A DNA stretch of 64,000 nucleotides from the NCBI GenBank assembly GCA_963674945.2, contig CAXXWQ010000004.1:3136001-3200000 (forward strand). Reading direction: 5' to 3'. Made by a program: the position numbers and the translations under genes. The notes below the pieces were generated by a model. That model ran no database searches and was not told the DNA's origin. It saw nothing but the letters and a program-made list of their open reading frames with translations. Shown here piece by piece: positions 8,692-20,877 of the stretch (position 1 is its first letter; every line of letters starts with the position of its first letter). Source of the DNA: an uncultured Desulfosarcina sp. (lineage in GTDB: Bacteria; Desulfobacterota; Desulfobacteria; Desulfobacterales; Desulfosarcinaceae).

Positions 8692-9966
8692 CTACAGGGA
8701 CAGCAATCCGGAAAGTTCGGTCTGGTCACAGGCCGGTCCTAACACGGATATGGCCGCGTGACAATCCTTCCATAGGGTTTCGGCCAGAAAGAGCAGGTCC
8801 GAAGTGGTGACCGCGTCGATATGATCGATCACCGTCTGCAAAGGGATGGATCGGCCGAAATAGAATTCGTTTTGGGCCAGGCGAACCATCTGGTTGTCCG
8901 GGCTCTCGGCGGCCATCAAGAGGTTGCCTTTTGTGAATTCCTTGGCGTCTTCGAGCACGTCGGTGGGTATCGGCTCACGCCGCAGTCGGCGAAACTGTTC
9001 CATGATCAAATCGACCACAGTCGTAACATCCTCAGGACCGACGGCCGTGCAGACGCCGAACATGCCGGCATCTTGATAGGCGTTGAGAAAAGAGTAGATC
9101 GAATAGGCCAGTCCCCGCTCTTCACGGACGATCTGAAAGAGTCGGCTGCTCATGTTGCCACCCAGAATGGTATTGAGAAGGGCTGCGGCGAATCTGCGTG
9201 GATCGACGACGGATACGCCGGGCAGTCCCAGACAGATGTGGGTCTGTTCAAGGTCCCGATGTTTGCGTTGGATCCCGCATCCTGTGGCTGGCGGTGTTCT
9301 GGGGGCAAAGCCGTTACCCTTTTCGATCGTGGAGAAAAAAGGGGCGATTTTCTCCAGCAGATTTTGGTGATCCAGATTGCCGGCCAAGGCGACGACGATT
9401 CGGTCCGGCTGATAGAGCCGCTTGAAAAAGTTCTTGATGTTCCGGCTGTTGAAACCCAGAATATTCTCACTCGAACCGAGAATGGAACGGCCCAGTTGAT
9501 GGTCTCCCCAAAAGGCCGGTCCCATCATCGTGTGGACCAGCTCCTCGGGGCTGTCTTCCACCATCTTGATTTCCTGGAAGATTACGGGTCTCTCCCGTTC
9601 GACCTCTTGATCATCGAAGACCGAATTGAGAAAAATATCGGAGAGGATGTCCACCATCGTATCCAACCGGGAGTCCAGAACCCGTGCATGGTAACAGGTG
9701 TGCTCCATTGCCGTGAAGGCATTGGTCTGTCCACCGATGGCGTCAAACTCTTTGGCGATCTGAAAGGCGGTCCGGCGGGTCGTCCCTTTGAATATCATAT
9801 GCTCGATAAAATGGGACAAACCGGCTTCGGCGTCGGTTTCGTCACGGGCTCCGACGCAAACCCATACTCCCATGGAGACGGAACGTACGTGGGGCATGGT
9901 CAGTGATATGACACGGACACCATTTTCAAGGGTGGTTCTATTGATCTTCGGATTCTCGTTGTTCAT
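8692..9966 (-). CDS. M16 family zinc peptidase
   Basis: HFIEH (HxxEH), NAFT and [17 protein letters not shown]. Usual position after pnp. Confidence 0.93.
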   Translation of the reverse strand: MNNENPKINRTTLENGVRVISLTMPHVRSVSMGVWVCVGARDETDAEAGLSHFIEHMIFKGTTRRTAFQIAKEFDAIGGQTNAFTAMEHTCYHARVLDSRLDTMVDILSDIFLNSVFDDQEVERERPVIFQEIKMVEDSPEELVHTMMGPAFWGDHQLGRSILGSSENILGFNSRNIKNFFKRLYQPDRIVVALAGNLDHQNLLEKIAPFFSTIEKGNGFAPRTPPATGCGIQRKHRDLEQTHICLGLPGVSVVDPRRFAAALLNTILGGNMSSRLFQIVREERGLAYSIYSFLNAYQDAGMFGVCTAVGPEDVTTVVDLIMEQFRRLRREPIPTDVLEDAKEFTKGNLLMAAESPDNQMVRLAQNEFYFGRSIPLQTVIDHIDAVTTSDLLFLAETLWKDCHAAISVLGPACDQTELSGLLSL

Positions 9967-12037
9967 TCAAAACGGCCTTGTGACTCAGGCGTATCTTGCC
10001 ATCCTTGGAAATTTCGAGGACCTTTACCCGTAACATGTCCCCCTCCTTGACGACATCCGTCACCTTTCCCACACGATGATTGGCCAGTTGACTGATGTGG
10101 ACCAATCCGTCGGTTCCAGGCACGATTTGAACGAAAGCCCCGAAATCGGTGGTTTTTACCACCTTTCCTTCGTAGATGACACCCACTTCAGGCTCCATGG
10201 TAAGCGCCTCGATCTCCTGACGGGCGGCATCGGCATCTTCGGCGGAAGTTGCGGCGATTTTCACCAAGCCGCTATCATCGATTTCGATCTTTGTATCGGT
10301 TTCCGCCTGGATGGCCCGAATTACCTTTCCTCCGGGGCCGATGACATCGCGAATCTTGTCCGGATTGATTTTAATGGCAATGATCTTGGGGGCGAACGGC
10401 GAAATGTCCTCCCTGGGAACGGCCAGGGCTTGGAGCATCTTGTCGAGGATGTGCAGCCGACCCGATCTGGCCTGAGCCAGGGCTTTTTCCATGATATCAC
10501 GGGAAAGCTCGTGAATTTTAATGTCCATCTGAAGGGCGGTGATGCCTTCGGCGGTGCCGGTAACCTTGAAATCCATGTCGCCGGTATGGTCTTCATCTCC
10601 CAGGATATCCGACAGAATCACCACCTGGTCGCCCTCTTTCACCAACCCCATGGCGATGCCCGACACGGGGGCCTTGATGGGTACACCTCCATCCATAAGG
10701 GCCAACGTCCCCGAACAGACGGTTCCCATGGAGGATGAGCCGTTGGACTCCAGCACCTCGGAGACGATGCGGATCGTATAGTCGAAATCCTCCTTGTCCG
10801 GCAATACCCGTTCCAGGGCACGGGTGGAAAGACCGCCGTGGCCGATATCCCGTCTGCTGGGCGCCCCCACCCGTTTGACCTCGCCCACCGAATAGGGCGG
10901 AAAGTTGTAATGAAGCATGAAGGGCCGGTTTTCCTCACCGCTCAAGGTTTCCACACGCTGCTCATCGCCACCCGATCCGAGGGTCAAGATTCCCAGTACC
11001 TGTGTCTCACCACGGGTAAACAGGGCGCTGCCATGCGGTCGGGGCAAGAGGCCGACTTCGCAAGTGATAGGACGGATTTCGTCGAACCGGCGATTGTCGA
11101 TGCGGCGACCCTCTTTGAGAATCATATCCCGGCAGATCTGCTTTTGCAGATCGCTCAATATGGAACCGATCTCATCGCGGCGTTCCGCCATTTCGTCACC
11201 CATTGCTTCGATGACCTGGGCTTTCACCGTACGTACAGCCTCGTATCGTTTCATCTTTTCGGGGATGGTCAGGGCTTCATGTAACGGCGCGGTCGCCTTT
11301 TCACGCAGCGTTTCAACCAGATCGGGGTCTTTTTCCGGTGGTGTAAACACCCGCTTGGTCTTGCCCAATTTTTCCTTGAGCTGCTCCTGGATGTCGATGA
11401 GCGGTTGGATGGCCTCGTGGCCGAAAAAAATTGCCGCGAGCATATCCTCTTCGCTTACCACGTCTCCGCCACCTTCCACCATGACCACACCGGTGCGGGA
11501 ACCGGCGACGATAATATTGATATCGCTTTGTGCCATCTGGGAAAGTGTGGGGTTGGCCACCCATTGGCCGTCGATTCGCCCGATGCGAACGCTGGCAATG
11601 GGGCCCGCGAAAGGAATATCGGAGATTTCCAAGGCCGCGGATGCACCCACCATGGCCAATACGTCCGGATCATTTTCCTGGTCCATGGAAAGGACTGTGG
11701 CGATCACCTGGGTTTCGTACCGGTACTCCTTGGGAAACAGAGGCCGAATGGGGCGATCGATCAGACGGGCGGTGAGGGTCTCCTTTTCACTGGGGCGTCC
11801 GATTTCCCTCCGAAAGTAATTGCCCGGAATCCTTCCGGCCGCGTATACTTTTTCCTGATACTCCACGGAAAGGGGTAGAAAATTGGTATCCCGCTCCTCG
11901 TTGGCGGAAACCACGGTTACCAACACCATCGTGTCGCCGTATTGAACCAATACGGACCCGGATGCTTGTTTGGCGACTTTTCCCGCCTGAATGCGAAGGG
12001 TTGTGCCTCCCAAATCGGCCTCGAATGTGTATTCCAT
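9938..12037 (-). CDS. pnp: Polyribonucleotide nucleotidyltransferase
   Basis: [29 protein letters not shown], with C-terminal KH and S1 domains. Confidence 0.98.
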   Translation of the reverse strand: MEYTFEADLGGTTLRIQAGKVAKQASGSVLVQYGDTMVLVTVVSANEERDTNFLPLSVEYQEKVYAAGRIPGNYFRREIGRPSEKETLTARLIDRPIRPLFPKEYRYETQVIATVLSMDQENDPDVLAMVGASAALEISDIPFAGPIASVRIGRIDGQWVANPTLSQMAQSDINIIVAGSRTGVVMVEGGGDVVSEEDMLAAIFFGHEAIQPLIDIQEQLKEKLGKTKRVFTPPEKDPDLVETLREKATAPLHEALTIPEKMKRYEAVRTVKAQVIEAMGDEMAERRDEIGSILSDLQKQICRDMILKEGRRIDNRRFDEIRPITCEVGLLPRPHGSALFTRGETQVLGILTLGSGGDEQRVETLSGEENRPFMLHYNFPPYSVGEVKRVGAPSRRDIGHGGLSTRALERVLPDKEDFDYTIRIVSEVLESNGSSSMGTVCSGTLALMDGGVPIKAPVSGIAMGLVKEGDQVVILSDILGDEDHTGDMDFKVTGTAEGITALQMDIKIHELSRDIMEKALAQARSGRLHILDKMLQALAVPREDISPFAPKIIAIKINPDKIRDVIGPGGKVIRAIQAETDTKIEIDDSGLVKIAATSAEDADAARQEIEALTMEPEVGVIYEGKVVKTTDFGAFVQIVPGTDGLVHISQLANHRVGKVTDVVKEGDMLRVKVLEISKDGKIRLSHKAVLNEQRESEDQ

Positions 12038-12240
12038 TGATTTCTTCTCTCCTGACTGGATAGGGAATGGGGCGATGGGTTACCGTCTCCTCCTAATTGT
12101 AAGTACGCAGGCCAATTGGTTGCCTTCGGGCCCCAAAACGGGAAGGCATTCGCTCGACGGCAATCATGTCTGTGGCCGTGTCACCCATGGCAACCGGCAG
12201 TTGCATCACGGCAAACGTTTTTCGTCGCAATGGGACAACC

Positions 12241-12510
12241 CTACCGCCGAAGGCCGAGGGTTTCGATGATGGATCGATACCGTTGAACGTCGTTTCTCTT
12301 GACATAGTTGAGCAACCTGCGACGTTTTCCGACCAACATCAACAGCCCCCGGCGGGAGTGATGGTCTTTTTTGTGCACCTTCAAATGTTCGGTAAGATAG
12401 GTGATCCGATGGGTGAGCAGACCGATCTGAACCTCCGGGGAACCGGTGTCGGAGTCATGCTGCTTGTATTTTTCGATGAGTTCCTTTTTGGTTTCTGCTG
12501 TGTAGGCCAA
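12241..12510 (-). CDS. rpsO: 30S ribosomal protein S15
   Basis: DTGSPEVQI and [13 protein letters not shown] start at 12510 after AAGGAGG, 89 aa. Confidence 0.97.
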   Translation of the reverse strand: MAYTAETKKELIEKYKQHDSDTGSPEVQIGLLTHRITYLTEHLKVHKKDHHSRRGLLMLVGKRRRLLNYVKRNDVQRYRSIIETLGLRR

Positions 12511-12569
12511 TGGTTCTTCCTCCTTGAAAGTATTGCTTCGATATAAACGATTTGTTCCCCTTATTACCT

Positions 12570-13481
12570 TTACTCTTGAAAAACACAACAATAATTATAC
12601 CTGTCCGTTTCCGGCGAAGAGGCCAGAATCGCGATTAGCGAACCTTGCCGGTCGACCACTTTAAACAGGTCGTCACCATTGCCCTGTTGGGGTGACGGAA
12701 AATCATCCATCGTAAGTTTCATGCCATTTCGAATCTGCCTTGCCAACCGGTCATCTGCGATTGCCGCTGGCATGGTCGGAAGCGCATCGTTCATGGAAAT
12801 CAAAACTTGGGCCAAATGGTCCTCGTTTCGATACCGCGCCATTTCTTCCAGTTTGAATGCATCGGCAAGCGTATACCCGCAACTCATTGTCCTGCGAAGC
12901 TTTGCAAGGTGCCCACCGCACCCCAGTTTCCGGCCCATATCCGCGCACAGGGTTCGTACGTAGGTACCGGATGAACATACAACTGAGAATCCAACCAGCG
13001 GCAGACGAATATCCGTGATCGAAAGCCGGTACACGCGAACCGGTCGGGGCGGTTTTTCCACAGGCACTCCGCGGCGCGCCAATTTATACAATGGCGTTCC
13101 ACAGTGTTTCAGGGCCGAATACGCCGGCGGGACTTGGGAAAGGGCACCCACGAATCCTTTGGCTGTTTCCCGTATCTTTTCATCCGACAGTTCTCGTATC
13201 GGCCGACGCCTGATGATACTGCCCGTTGCATCCTGCGTATCCGTCTCCACGCCCAATACCATTTGGGCATCGTACTCCTTGTCGCCTTTCACCAGGAACC
13301 GGGAGAGTCGCGTCGCCTTGTTGATGCAGCAGATCAGCACACCGGTGGCAAATGGATCCAATGTCCCGGTATGACCGACCTTTCTGGCTCCGAAGAGTTT
13401 CTTGACCTTGGAGACGACGCCCGCTGAGGATATCCCTTCGGGTTTGTCCACGACAACCAGTCCGCTCAGTTCAGCTGGCAT
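12570..13481 (-). CDS. truB: tRNA pseudouridine(55) synthase
   Basis: [22 protein letters not shown] and SSGTYVRTL. Confidence 0.97.
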   Translation of the reverse strand: MPAELSGLVVVDKPEGISSAGVVSKVKKLFGARKVGHTGTLDPFATGVLICCINKATRLSRFLVKGDKEYDAQMVLGVETDTQDATGSIIRRRPIRELSDEKIRETAKGFVGALSQVPPAYSALKHCGTPLYKLARRGVPVEKPPRPVRVYRLSITDIRLPLVGFSVVCSSGTYVRTLCADMGRKLGCGGHLAKLRRTMSCGYTLADAFKLEEMARYRNEDHLAQVLISMNDALPTMPAAIADDRLARQIRNGMKLTMDDFPSPQQGNGDDLFKVVDRQGSLIAILASSPETDRYNYCCVFQE

Positions 13482-14470
13482 TTCGGATTAAACGTATCGG
13501 ATAGATTGTAAATGGTCTGCTTCAACTCCGTAAGACGCGACTCCATCGAGAATCCGGCGGCACCGGTATGGCCACCGCCACCGAAATCCATCGCGATTCT
13601 GGAAACATCCACGCTTCCATCCGAACGTAAACTGACATGATATTTCTTACGGCCACCTGGATTGCCACTGCCGTTTTCCAGTTCATGGATCAAGGCGGCA
13701 ACCTTCACATCCCGAATGCGCCGGGCATAGTTGATCAACCCATCGGCGTCTTCGGGCTGCGTTCCGGTCTCCTCCAGCATCGCCTGGGTCACCGTCATGA
13801 TGGACAGATACCCATTGTTGGAAATTTCGATGGAATCCAATGCCAGGTTGAGCAGTTTGATACGTCCCAATGAATATGTGCCATATACATGCTGAGCAAC
13901 CGCAGATGGATTGACACCCATGGCCACCATCGCTTCGCATATGGTAAAGGCTGCCTGATTGGTGTTGGAAAATCGAAAAGAGCCCGTGTCGGTTAAAATT
14001 CCCGTATAGATTGCGGTGGCAATGGTCTGGTCTATGGCAATGTCCATGGCACGCTCCATGACCGAGATCAACCGGTATACGATTTCACAAGTCGCGCAGG
14101 CCTGTACATCCACGATTTGGTGGTTTCCGAATTGGGTGTTGGTCGTGTGGTGATCGATGTTGACGATAACGGGAATATCGGCGATGGCATCGGCCATGGC
14201 ACCCACGCGGCTGAGATTGCCACAATCCAAAATCACCGCCGTGTCAAAAGAAGCAACATCCGTCAAAACCTTCTGTATGCGGTCAACCGAGGGCAAAAAG
14301 CGATATACGGCGGGGATGGCGCTCTCATTGTACAAGACAACCTTGCACCCGACTTTTTCAAGGGCCAATCCCGTTGCCAATAGTGCGCCGATGGCATCGC
14401 CGTCTGGATTGGTGTGGGATACCAACAGGACGCGATCACTCTTTGTCAGTCGTTGGATTATCTTTTTCAT
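13466..14470 (-). CDS. nrnA: DHH/DHHA1 phosphoesterase (NrnA-type)
   Basis: HTNPDGDA, IDHH, TDTGSF, SLRS and GGGGH. Confidence 0.9.
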   Translation of the reverse strand: MKKIIQRLTKSDRVLLVSHTNPDGDAIGALLATGLALEKVGCKVVLYNESAIPAVYRFLPSVDRIQKVLTDVASFDTAVILDCGNLSRVGAMADAIADIPVIVNIDHHTTNTQFGNHQIVDVQACATCEIVYRLISVMERAMDIAIDQTIATAIYTGILTDTGSFRFSNTNQAAFTICEAMVAMGVNPSAVAQHVYGTYSLGRIKLLNLALDSIEISNNGYLSIMTVTQAMLEETGTQPEDADGLINYARRIRDVKVAALIHELENGSGNPGGRKKYHVSLRSDGSVDVSRIAMDFGGGGHTGAAGFSMESRLTELKQTIYNLSDTFNPKCQLN

Positions 14471-14822
14471 TATCAATCGTAATGGATTTCAATACGCGGT
14501 CAATTTGGGCGCCGTAATCGAAGGAATGATCGTAAAAAAACCGCAAATCCGGCATGTAGCGAAGACCCAGCGCTTTTGCCAGTTCCCGTTTGATAAATCC
14601 CTTGGCGCTCTCAAATCCCTCCAACACAGCCTTTTCGCCATGGGGCGAACCATGTGCGGCGAAATAGACGTTGGCGATTCTCAGATCACGACTCATCGTC
14701 ACACCGGTTATGGTCGCCTGGGCAATCCGTGGATCGTTGATGCCCTTTCGGATCAGATCTGACAGAATCTTCTGCACCTGTCCGCCGACCCGATCTGCTC
14801 TGTTAAAAGACCGGTTTACCAC
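14436..14822 (-). CDS. rbfA: Ribosome-binding factor A
   Basis: RADRV, INDPR, DLRIANVY and LRYMPDLRF. Confidence 0.95.
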   Translation of the reverse strand: MVNRSFNRADRVGGQVQKILSDLIRKGINDPRIAQATITGVTMSRDLRIANVYFAAHGSPHGEKAVLEGFESAKGFIKRELAKALGLRYMPDLRFFYDHSFDYGAQIDRVLKSITIDNEKDNPTTDKE

Positions 14823-14841
14823 GTTGATCTCGCATTTTTAT

Positions 14842-15129
14842 TCAATAATTGATGATCTCCATTTGTGTGTCGATCATTTCGGCGAGCCCCAAATCTTCGG
14901 CAAAGTTGAACAATTTGTCCAGTTTGGCGTTGATCATCCGGCGCTGGGCTCCCACCATGCTGATGCCGATGACGGCCCGCTGGTAGATGTCGTTGTCCGC
15001 CACTTCGGACACCGAAGCATTGAAGTTGTTCCGGATGCGGGCGACGATCGCCTTGACCACCTTTCGTTTCTCCTTCAATGATCGGCATTGATGAATTCTG
15101 AAAACGATTCTGCCGACACCCACAACCAT
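14842..15129 (-). CDS. DUF503 (YlxP) family protein
   Basis: SLKEKRKVVK..FNASVSEV, between infB and rbfA. Confidence 0.9.
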   Translation of the reverse strand: MVVGVGRIVFRIHQCRSLKEKRKVVKAIVARIRNNFNASVSEVADNDIYQRAVIGISMVGAQRRMINAKLDKLFNFAEDLGLAEMIDTQMEIINY

Positions 15130-15138
15130 GATGACTCG

Positions 15139-18009
15139 TTACTCCACTTCCGGTCTAATTTCTTCCAAGTAGTAGCTTTCGATCACATCGCCGACTTTGA
15201 TATCATTGAAATTCTCGATGGCGATGCCGCACTCGTAGCCGGTCTGTACCTCTTTCACATCGTCTTTGAAACGGCGCAGACTGCTGTTTTTCCCTTCGTA
15301 GGTGATAATGCCGTCTCGAAGTAGCCGCATGAGCTGTCCCCGCTGAATTTTGCCGTCGGTTACGTAGCATCCGGCGATGGTGCCAACTTTTGGTACGTGG
15401 AATGTCTGCCGAACCTCGGCGCGGCCGAGGACTCTTTCCTCGTAGGTCGACTCCATCATGCCCATGATGGCGTCTTTAACCTCTTTGATAACGTTATAAA
15501 TAACGTTGTGGAAGCGCATATCCACATTCTCTTCGGACGCCATTTCCTGTACCTTGGCATTGGGACGAACGTTGAAGCCGATGATAATGGCATCGGAACC
15601 CGCGGCCAGAAAGATATCCGATTCGGTGATCGTTCCGGTGGCTGCATGGACCACATTGATACTGACTTCATCATTGGAAAGCTTGACCAAAGAGTCTCTC
15701 AATGCCTCGATGGAACCGTCCACATCTGCCTTGATGATCAAATTCAGATCCTTGACCTCGCCCTGTTGCATCTTTTCGAACAGCCCTTCGAGGCTCAGCC
15801 GGTTGGTCTTGGCCAGTTCCTTGGATCGCTGTTTCTGGATACGGTGCTGGCTTACCTGCCGGGCGTCTTTTTCATCTTCCAGGGCGATCAATTCATCCCC
15901 TGCCATGGGAACACCGGAAAGCCCGACGATTTCTACCGGCATGGAGGGGCCGGCGGAATCCACCGTACGGCCCAGATCATCCTGAAGCACCCGGATTTTT
16001 CCGTAGTGCATCCCGCAAACGACGGAGTCGCCGGCGCGAAGCGTACCCTCCTGAACCAAAACGGTGGCCACGGGGCCGCGTCCGGAGTCGAGCTTGGCCT
16101 CGACAACATGGCCGCTTGCCAGTTTGTTCGGATTGGCTTTCAGTTCCAGGATCTCCGCCTGAAGCAGAATCATCTCGAGCAGTTCATCGATTCCCGTATT
16201 CTTCTTGGCCGATACCATGACGCAAATGGTATCGCCGCCCCAAGCTTCCGGTACCAGGCCATGCTCGCTGAGTTCACGCTGAACACGATCGGGATCGGCA
16301 TCGGGCTTATCCATCTTGTTTACGGCTACGATAATGGGTACGTTAGATGCCTTGGAGTGATTGATTGCTTCGATGGTCTGGGGCATGACTCCGTCATCGG
16401 CCGCCACGACCAAAATAACGATGTCGGTTACCTTGGCACCGCGTGAACGCATGGCGGAGAAGGCTTCGTGTCCGGGTGTGTCCAAAAAGGCGATCACTCC
16501 TTTATCGGTCTCGACATGATAGGCACCGATATGCTGGGTAATGCCACCGGCCTCCCCTTCCGTCACCCGGGTTTTTCGAATCACGTCAAGCAGCGAGGTC
16601 TTGCCGTGGTCGACATGCCCCATGATGGTCACCACGGGAGGGCGGGGAATCAATGCTTCGGGATCATCCTTTTCGGTCTTTTTCAGGATCACATCCTCTT
16701 CGAAGGATGCCTTTTCGACTTCGTAGTTGAATTCCCCCGCAACCAGCACCGCCGTGTCGTAATCGATGGTCTGGTTGACGGTGGCCATGACCCCCATTCC
16801 CATAAGCTTGACGATCATTTCATTGGCCTTGATGCCCATTCGCTTGGCGAGTTCCGACAAGACGATGGTTTCATCGATTTTCACCCGTCGCTTGATGGCC
16901 TTTGCCGTCGTGATCTGGGTTTTCTGTCCGATCGGTGCGGCCTTGGCGGCCTTACCGCCCTTGCGACCCTTCCGACCACGCTTCCCGCTGTAAAGGGCGG
17001 CGCCCTCGACGATCTCTTTCTTTCTGCCGCCTCCTCTTTTCCTGCCGAACCGGTTGTCCTGCTCCTCCACTGCTTTTTTGCGCCATCCCTTTTTCTTTTC
17101 CCTGGGGCTGGCGGTGGTATCCATGGAGGACGGTTCTGCCTGCTCCATCGGTGGCGTTCGCTTTGCGTTGATCGCCGCGATTTTTGACTTTGTCGGAAGC
17201 TTGATGATCGTGGCCGGCGCCTCCTTTTTCCCCTTTTTCCCCTTTACCGGGGAGACCTTGGACGGCTTGGGTTGTGTTGGTTTGGCCTGTTCTTTTTCTG
17301 CCGGCGCCTCTTTTTCTGGCGAAGTCGTCGCTTCGGATACCGTTTCATCCACAGCTTCTTCTTGTTTGGGAATTTCGGTATCCTGGGGTGCTTCGGCTTG
17401 GGGGGGCAAGACCTCGGCAACCGTTTGCTCTTCCTTGGAAATCGATTCTTCCGACTCTGGCGCCGATGTCGGTTCGGACGCTTCGAGAAGTGTCGAAACC
17501 GACTCGTCGGCAGCGGGCACCTCCGGTTCCTCTGTTTGTTTCTCGACAACCGGCTTGGAGATGATTTTTGCCGATTCGACCCGCTTTCGCCGTTTTGTTG
17601 CTGGCTTCTTCTCCTCTGGCGCTGTCTCTTTTGGTTCTTGTGCTGTCCGTTTCTCCGTTTCGATGGCCGGCGTCACCGTTTCGATGGCCGGCGTCACCGT
17701 TTCTTCCGGTTCGGTCGAAACGGCGGCTTCTGGTTCCTTCTCGGGCGTGGCTTCGGTCGCCGAGACCTCCGATTCCTTGGGGGGAACAACCTTGCGTCGT
17801 CGGATTACAGTGGGCCGGATGCGCTTTTCTTCAAGGTTTTTGTCTTTTTCGTCTCCGAAAAGCGCCGATTTTACCATTGCCACTGCATCTTCATCCAGAG
17901 AACTCATATGACTGCTGACTTCGATATCCAGGTCTCGGATTTTGTCCAAGAGTTCCCTGTTCGTCATGTTTAGATCTCTGGCAAATTCATATACTCTGAT
18001 TTTTGCCAT
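15139..18009 (-). CDS. infB: Translation initiation factor IF-2
   Basis: MAKIRVYE start, [17 protein letters not shown] and NKMD. Long low-complexity N-terminal region. Confidence 0.98.
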   Translation of the reverse strand: MAKIRVYEFARDLNMTNRELLDKIRDLDIEVSSHMSSLDEDAVAMVKSALFGDEKDKNLEEKRIRPTVIRRRKVVPPKESEVSATEATPEKEPEAAVSTEPEETVTPAIETVTPAIETEKRTAQEPKETAPEEKKPATKRRKRVESAKIISKPVVEKQTEEPEVPAADESVSTLLEASEPTSAPESEESISKEEQTVAEVLPPQAEAPQDTEIPKQEEAVDETVSEATTSPEKEAPAEKEQAKPTQPKPSKVSPVKGKKGKKEAPATIIKLPTKSKIAAINAKRTPPMEQAEPSSMDTTASPREKKKGWRKKAVEEQDNRFGRKRGGGRKKEIVEGAALYSGKRGRKGRKGGKAAKAAPIGQKTQITTAKAIKRRVKIDETIVLSELAKRMGIKANEMIVKLMGMGVMATVNQTIDYDTAVLVAGEFNYEVEKASFEEDVILKKTEKDDPEALIPRPPVVTIMGHVDHGKTSLLDVIRKTRVTEGEAGGITQHIGAYHVETDKGVIAFLDTPGHEAFSAMRSRGAKVTDIVILVVAADDGVMPQTIEAINHSKASNVPIIVAVNKMDKPDADPDRVQRELSEHGLVPEAWGGDTICVMVSAKKNTGIDELLEMILLQAEILELKANPNKLASGHVVEAKLDSGRGPVATVLVQEGTLRAGDSVVCGMHYGKIRVLQDDLGRTVDSAGPSMPVEIVGLSGVPMAGDELIALEDEKDARQVSQHRIQKQRSKELAKTNRLSLEGLFEKMQQGEVKDLNLIIKADVDGSIEALRDSLVKLSNDEVSINVVHAATGTITESDIFLAAGSDAIIIGFNVRPNAKVQEMASEENVDMRFHNVIYNVIKEVKDAIMGMMESTYEERVLGRAEVRQTFHVPKVGTIAGCYVTDGKIQRGQLMRLLRDGIITYEGKNSSLRRFKDDVKEVQTGYECGIAIENFNDIKVGDVIESYYLEEIRPEVE
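17655..17703. repeat. In-frame 21 bp tandem duplication in infB (ETVTPAI x2)
   Basis: CCGTTTCGATGGCCGGCGTCA occurs twice, followed by a partial CCGTTTC. Confidence 0.9.
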
Positions 18010-18071
18010 CCATTCCCCCCAAACTCGTTTTGTAAGCATTTATCACATTGTCACCCGTAACAAATGTGGCG

Positions 18072-19484
18072 CTACCTCGTCTCCTCGGAGGCATCGGTAT
18101 CTGAATCTGCGTCTTGATCGGTCGCTTCGGCGGACGCTTCAAGCGCATCCACCGGTGCATCGGCAGCTTCTTCGAGGTCTCGTGCATCGGCCGGTTTTTC
18201 GGTCTGCGCTGCATCGGCCTTTTCTTCCAATCTGCGGGATTCACGCGCCTGGGCGACAGAATGTCTCGCGTTTTCAATCAGAATGACGGCCTTTTCCTGC
18301 CCGATACCCCGAATATCGATCAGTTCCTCGACGGTGGACTCGGCCAATTCGTCGGCGGAATAAATCCCTTTCTCGAAAAGTGCGTCGGCCAAACTGTCAC
18401 CGACGCCGGGAATATTGACAAGCGACTCGAAGCCGATCTTCAACATTTCCTCGTATTTGGACTCGGATGTGACGTCCAGATGCCAACCGGTCAGTTTCGA
18501 GGCCAGGCGAACGTTTTGACCGCGTTTCCCGATTGCCACGGAGAGAAACTCGTCGGGAACGATCACCTCCATGGCATTGTTCTCTTCATCTATGATGACC
18601 CGCGATATTTCCGCCGGTGCCAGGGCGTTGCAAACAAATTTGGCCGCATCCACATGCCAGGTGATGATATCGATTTTCTCTCCTCTAAGTTCCTGCACCA
18701 CATTCTGAACCCGGCTTCCCTTCATGCCCACACAGGCACCTACCGGATCGATATCGGAGTCATTTGAGGAGACGGCAAACTTAGCACGAACACCCGGTTC
18801 CCGGGCGGCCCCCTTGACCTCTACAATGCCTTCACTAATCTCTGGCACTTCGGTTTTAAACAGGTTGATGAGAAGATCGGGATGGGTTCTGGATAGAACG
18901 ATCTGGGGGCCGCGGGTATCGTATAGGACGTCATGGATCAGGGCTCGGATCCGATCGCCCCTTCTGTAGGTTTCCCTGGGTATCTGTTCCCGTGTCGGCA
19001 GGATCGCTTCGGTGGTTCCCAGGTTAACGATAATGTTACCCCTGTCGACCCGTTGCACGATGCCATTTATGACTTCACCCTTTCGATCGATATAGCTGGA
19101 ATAAACGGCATCCCGTTCGGCATCTTTCATCTTTTGAATGATCACCTGTTTGGCGGATTGCGCAGCGATTCGACCGAAGGTCGTGGTATCCATCTTGCTG
19201 CCCAGGCTGTCTCCGATTTCACAATCCGGATCGAGTTCCCTGCCCTCCTCCAGGCTGATCTGCAGGTCCGGTTCGCTTACGTGCTCTACGACCTCCTTGA
19301 ACTGGAAAACTTCGATCTCTCCCGTGTCAGGACTGTACTGCGCCTCAATGTCCACTTTACTGCCGAATTTTTTTCTGGCAGCTGAACGCAGTGCCTCTTC
19401 CAGGGCACGGATTAGAATCTCGACATCGATGCCCTTGTCCCGGCTTACCTGCTCCACCACACGTTTGATATCTGCGATAAACAT
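18072..19484 (-). CDS. nusA: Transcription factor NusA
   Basis: FGRIAAQSAKQVI, S1/KH domains, AIGKRGQNVRLA, C-terminal HhH motifs and an acidic tail. Confidence 0.98.
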   Translation of the reverse strand: MFIADIKRVVEQVSRDKGIDVEILIRALEEALRSAARKKFGSKVDIEAQYSPDTGEIEVFQFKEVVEHVSEPDLQISLEEGRELDPDCEIGDSLGSKMDTTTFGRIAAQSAKQVIIQKMKDAERDAVYSSYIDRKGEVINGIVQRVDRGNIIVNLGTTEAILPTREQIPRETYRRGDRIRALIHDVLYDTRGPQIVLSRTHPDLLINLFKTEVPEISEGIVEVKGAAREPGVRAKFAVSSNDSDIDPVGACVGMKGSRVQNVVQELRGEKIDIITWHVDAAKFVCNALAPAEISRVIIDEENNAMEVIVPDEFLSVAIGKRGQNVRLASKLTGWHLDVTSESKYEEMLKIGFESLVNIPGVGDSLADALFEKGIYSADELAESTVEELIDIRGIGQEKAVILIENARHSVAQARESRRLEEKADAAQTEKPADARDLEEAADAPVDALEASAEATDQDADSDTDASEETR

Positions 19485-20032
19485 CAGTGTTCTCCGTTAT
19501 AGTTGATCAGCCGTGCCCTTGTTATGTGTTCAAAATCCAGATGTACCATTTTGTCCTGTAATTGAACCCGGACCATGTTATCGACCACGCCGTGCAATAT
19601 CCCGGTGAAATTCCTTCGACCGTCAATGGGCTCATCCATGCGGATATTGGCTCGATGTCCTTGAAAACGAATAAAATCCTGAAGCTTTCCAACGGGTCGA
19701 TCAATGCCCGGCGAAGAGACTTCCAACCGGTACGGCGGAGCGTCTTGCATGTGCACATCCAGAAGGTCACCCAGTTGTCTGCTGATCTCGACACAATCGT
19801 CCAGTGTAATACCTCCAGGCTTGTCAATGTAGAGACGCAGGGTCAAACCGCCCGGTTCCCGTTGGAAATCCACATGCACCAGTTCCATGCCTTCTGCGCT
19901 GCACAAGGGATCGCCCAGACGGGTCACCCTTTCGATAAATGCCTGCTGTCGCTTTTTGCTTGTATTGTTCGGTTGACGACCTTTTTTTTCCTCACCACTT
20001 TTTTTTCTTCGTCTTGCCGACTGCTTCGTCAT
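19484..20032 (-). CDS. rimP: Ribosome maturation factor RimP
   Basis: LRLYIDKPGGITLDDC and YRLEVSSPGIDRP. Start set at ATG 20032. Confidence 0.95.
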   Translation of the reverse strand: MTKQSARRRKKSGEEKKGRQPNNTSKKRQQAFIERVTRLGDPLCSAEGMELVHVDFQREPGGLTLRLYIDKPGGITLDDCVEISRQLGDLLDVHMQDAPPYRLEVSSPGIDRPVGKLQDFIRFQGHRANIRMDEPIDGRRNFTGILHGVVDNMVRVQLQDKMVHLDFEHITRARLINYNGEH

Positions 20033-20050
20033 TTTTGCACCGAGAAAAAC

Positions 20051-20074
20051 AAAAACGGGCAACCAGCCCGTTTT
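20051..20074 (-). promoter_or_regulatory. rimP-leader-like hairpin/terminator
   Basis: Minus strand reads AAAACGGGC-TGGTT-GCCCGTTTTT just upstream of rimP. A GGGC..GCCC stem at this position is typical of the rimP leader. Confidence 0.6.
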
Positions 20075-20187
20075 CAATTCAACCGATTATGGATTCCATC
20101 ACCTACCTGTCCATAAAAATCACGCCCCTGGAAAATCGACCCTTCTTCAGGTGAAGATCACCGTAACAGGCGAAAACGGACTTGAAT

Positions 20188-20263
20188 TGGAGCGGGCAAC
20201 GAGACTCGAACTCGCGACACCAAGCTTGGGAAGCTTGTACTCTACCAACTGAGCTATGCCCGC
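20188..20263 (-). tRNA. tRNA-Gly (anticodon CCC)
   Basis: GCGGGCATAGCTCAGTTGGTAGAGTACAAGCTTCCCAAGCTTGGTGTCGCGAGTTCGAGTCTCGTTGCCCGCTCCA, 76 nt with encoded CCA. Confidence 0.97.
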
Positions 20264-20370
20264 TCACCAAAGCATATTATTTAAGGCAAAACAGGTGTGC
20301 TGTCAATAACTTTCTATAATATCGCCGGCCTTTTGTGACCTTTGAAGTCCCACTTTCCAAAGATGAGCGA

Positions 20371-20733
20371 TCAGCGTCGACTCTCATCGATCAAATCGCG
20401 AATTCGAATCAGCTCTCTTTTTACCTCGGTCAAATCCATTGTTTTTTCATTCGATGGGAGCAAGGGGGCAGTCTTTTGTTTGAGATGTCGTCTTGCGCCG
20501 TCGATGGTGAATTTTTTTTCATACAGCAAATGTTTGATTCGCAGAATCAGTGCCACATCCTGCCTTCGGTAAAGTCGCTGGCCCGCATCGGTTCGCTTGG
20601 GCCTGATTTGAACAAATTCCGTTTCCCAGAATCGAAGGACATAGGCGGGTACGTCGGCGATCTGACTGACTTCACCGATCTTGAAGTAAATCTTATCGGG
20701 AATGGTGACCGGGCTGTGGGAATCATTTTCCAT
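20371..20733 (-). CDS. MerR-family HTH protein
   Basis: IPDKIYFKIGEVS..YVLRFWETEF..GQRLY, the family usually found after pheT/ihfA. ATG 20733. The upstream ORF extension is repeat sequence. Confidence 0.9.
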   Translation of the reverse strand: MENDSHSPVTIPDKIYFKIGEVSQIADVPAYVLRFWETEFVQIRPKRTDAGQRLYRRQDVALILRIKHLLYEKKFTIDGARRHLKQKTAPLLPSNEKTMDLTEVKRELIRIRDLIDESRR

Positions 20734-20734
20734 C

Positions 20735-20877
20735 GACGGCTTCGTAAAGAGTTCGATATCGGCGTTACGCTTCACTCCTCGTCACTGCGACGTATCCAAC
20801 CATACGCCTCATTCCTCGGGACTCGCAATCCTTGATCTCGGACTCTTTACGAATCCGTCCGAAATAAGACTTTTTTT
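20735..20877. repeat. Dispersed palindromic repeat, module A
   Basis: GACGGCTTCGTAAAGAG...CTCTTTACGAATCCGTC (20735-20859) plus a partial tail. Similar to the 34047, 49000 and 54487 copies. Confidence 0.92.

Noticed and set aside
8821..9906. Long antisense ORFs, such as this 361 aa one and 15397-16446, 21734-22831, 35169-36464, 45781-46908 and 62219-63232
   Set aside because: They are shadows of well-supported genes on the opposite strand in GC-rich coding DNA and carry no motifs of their own.
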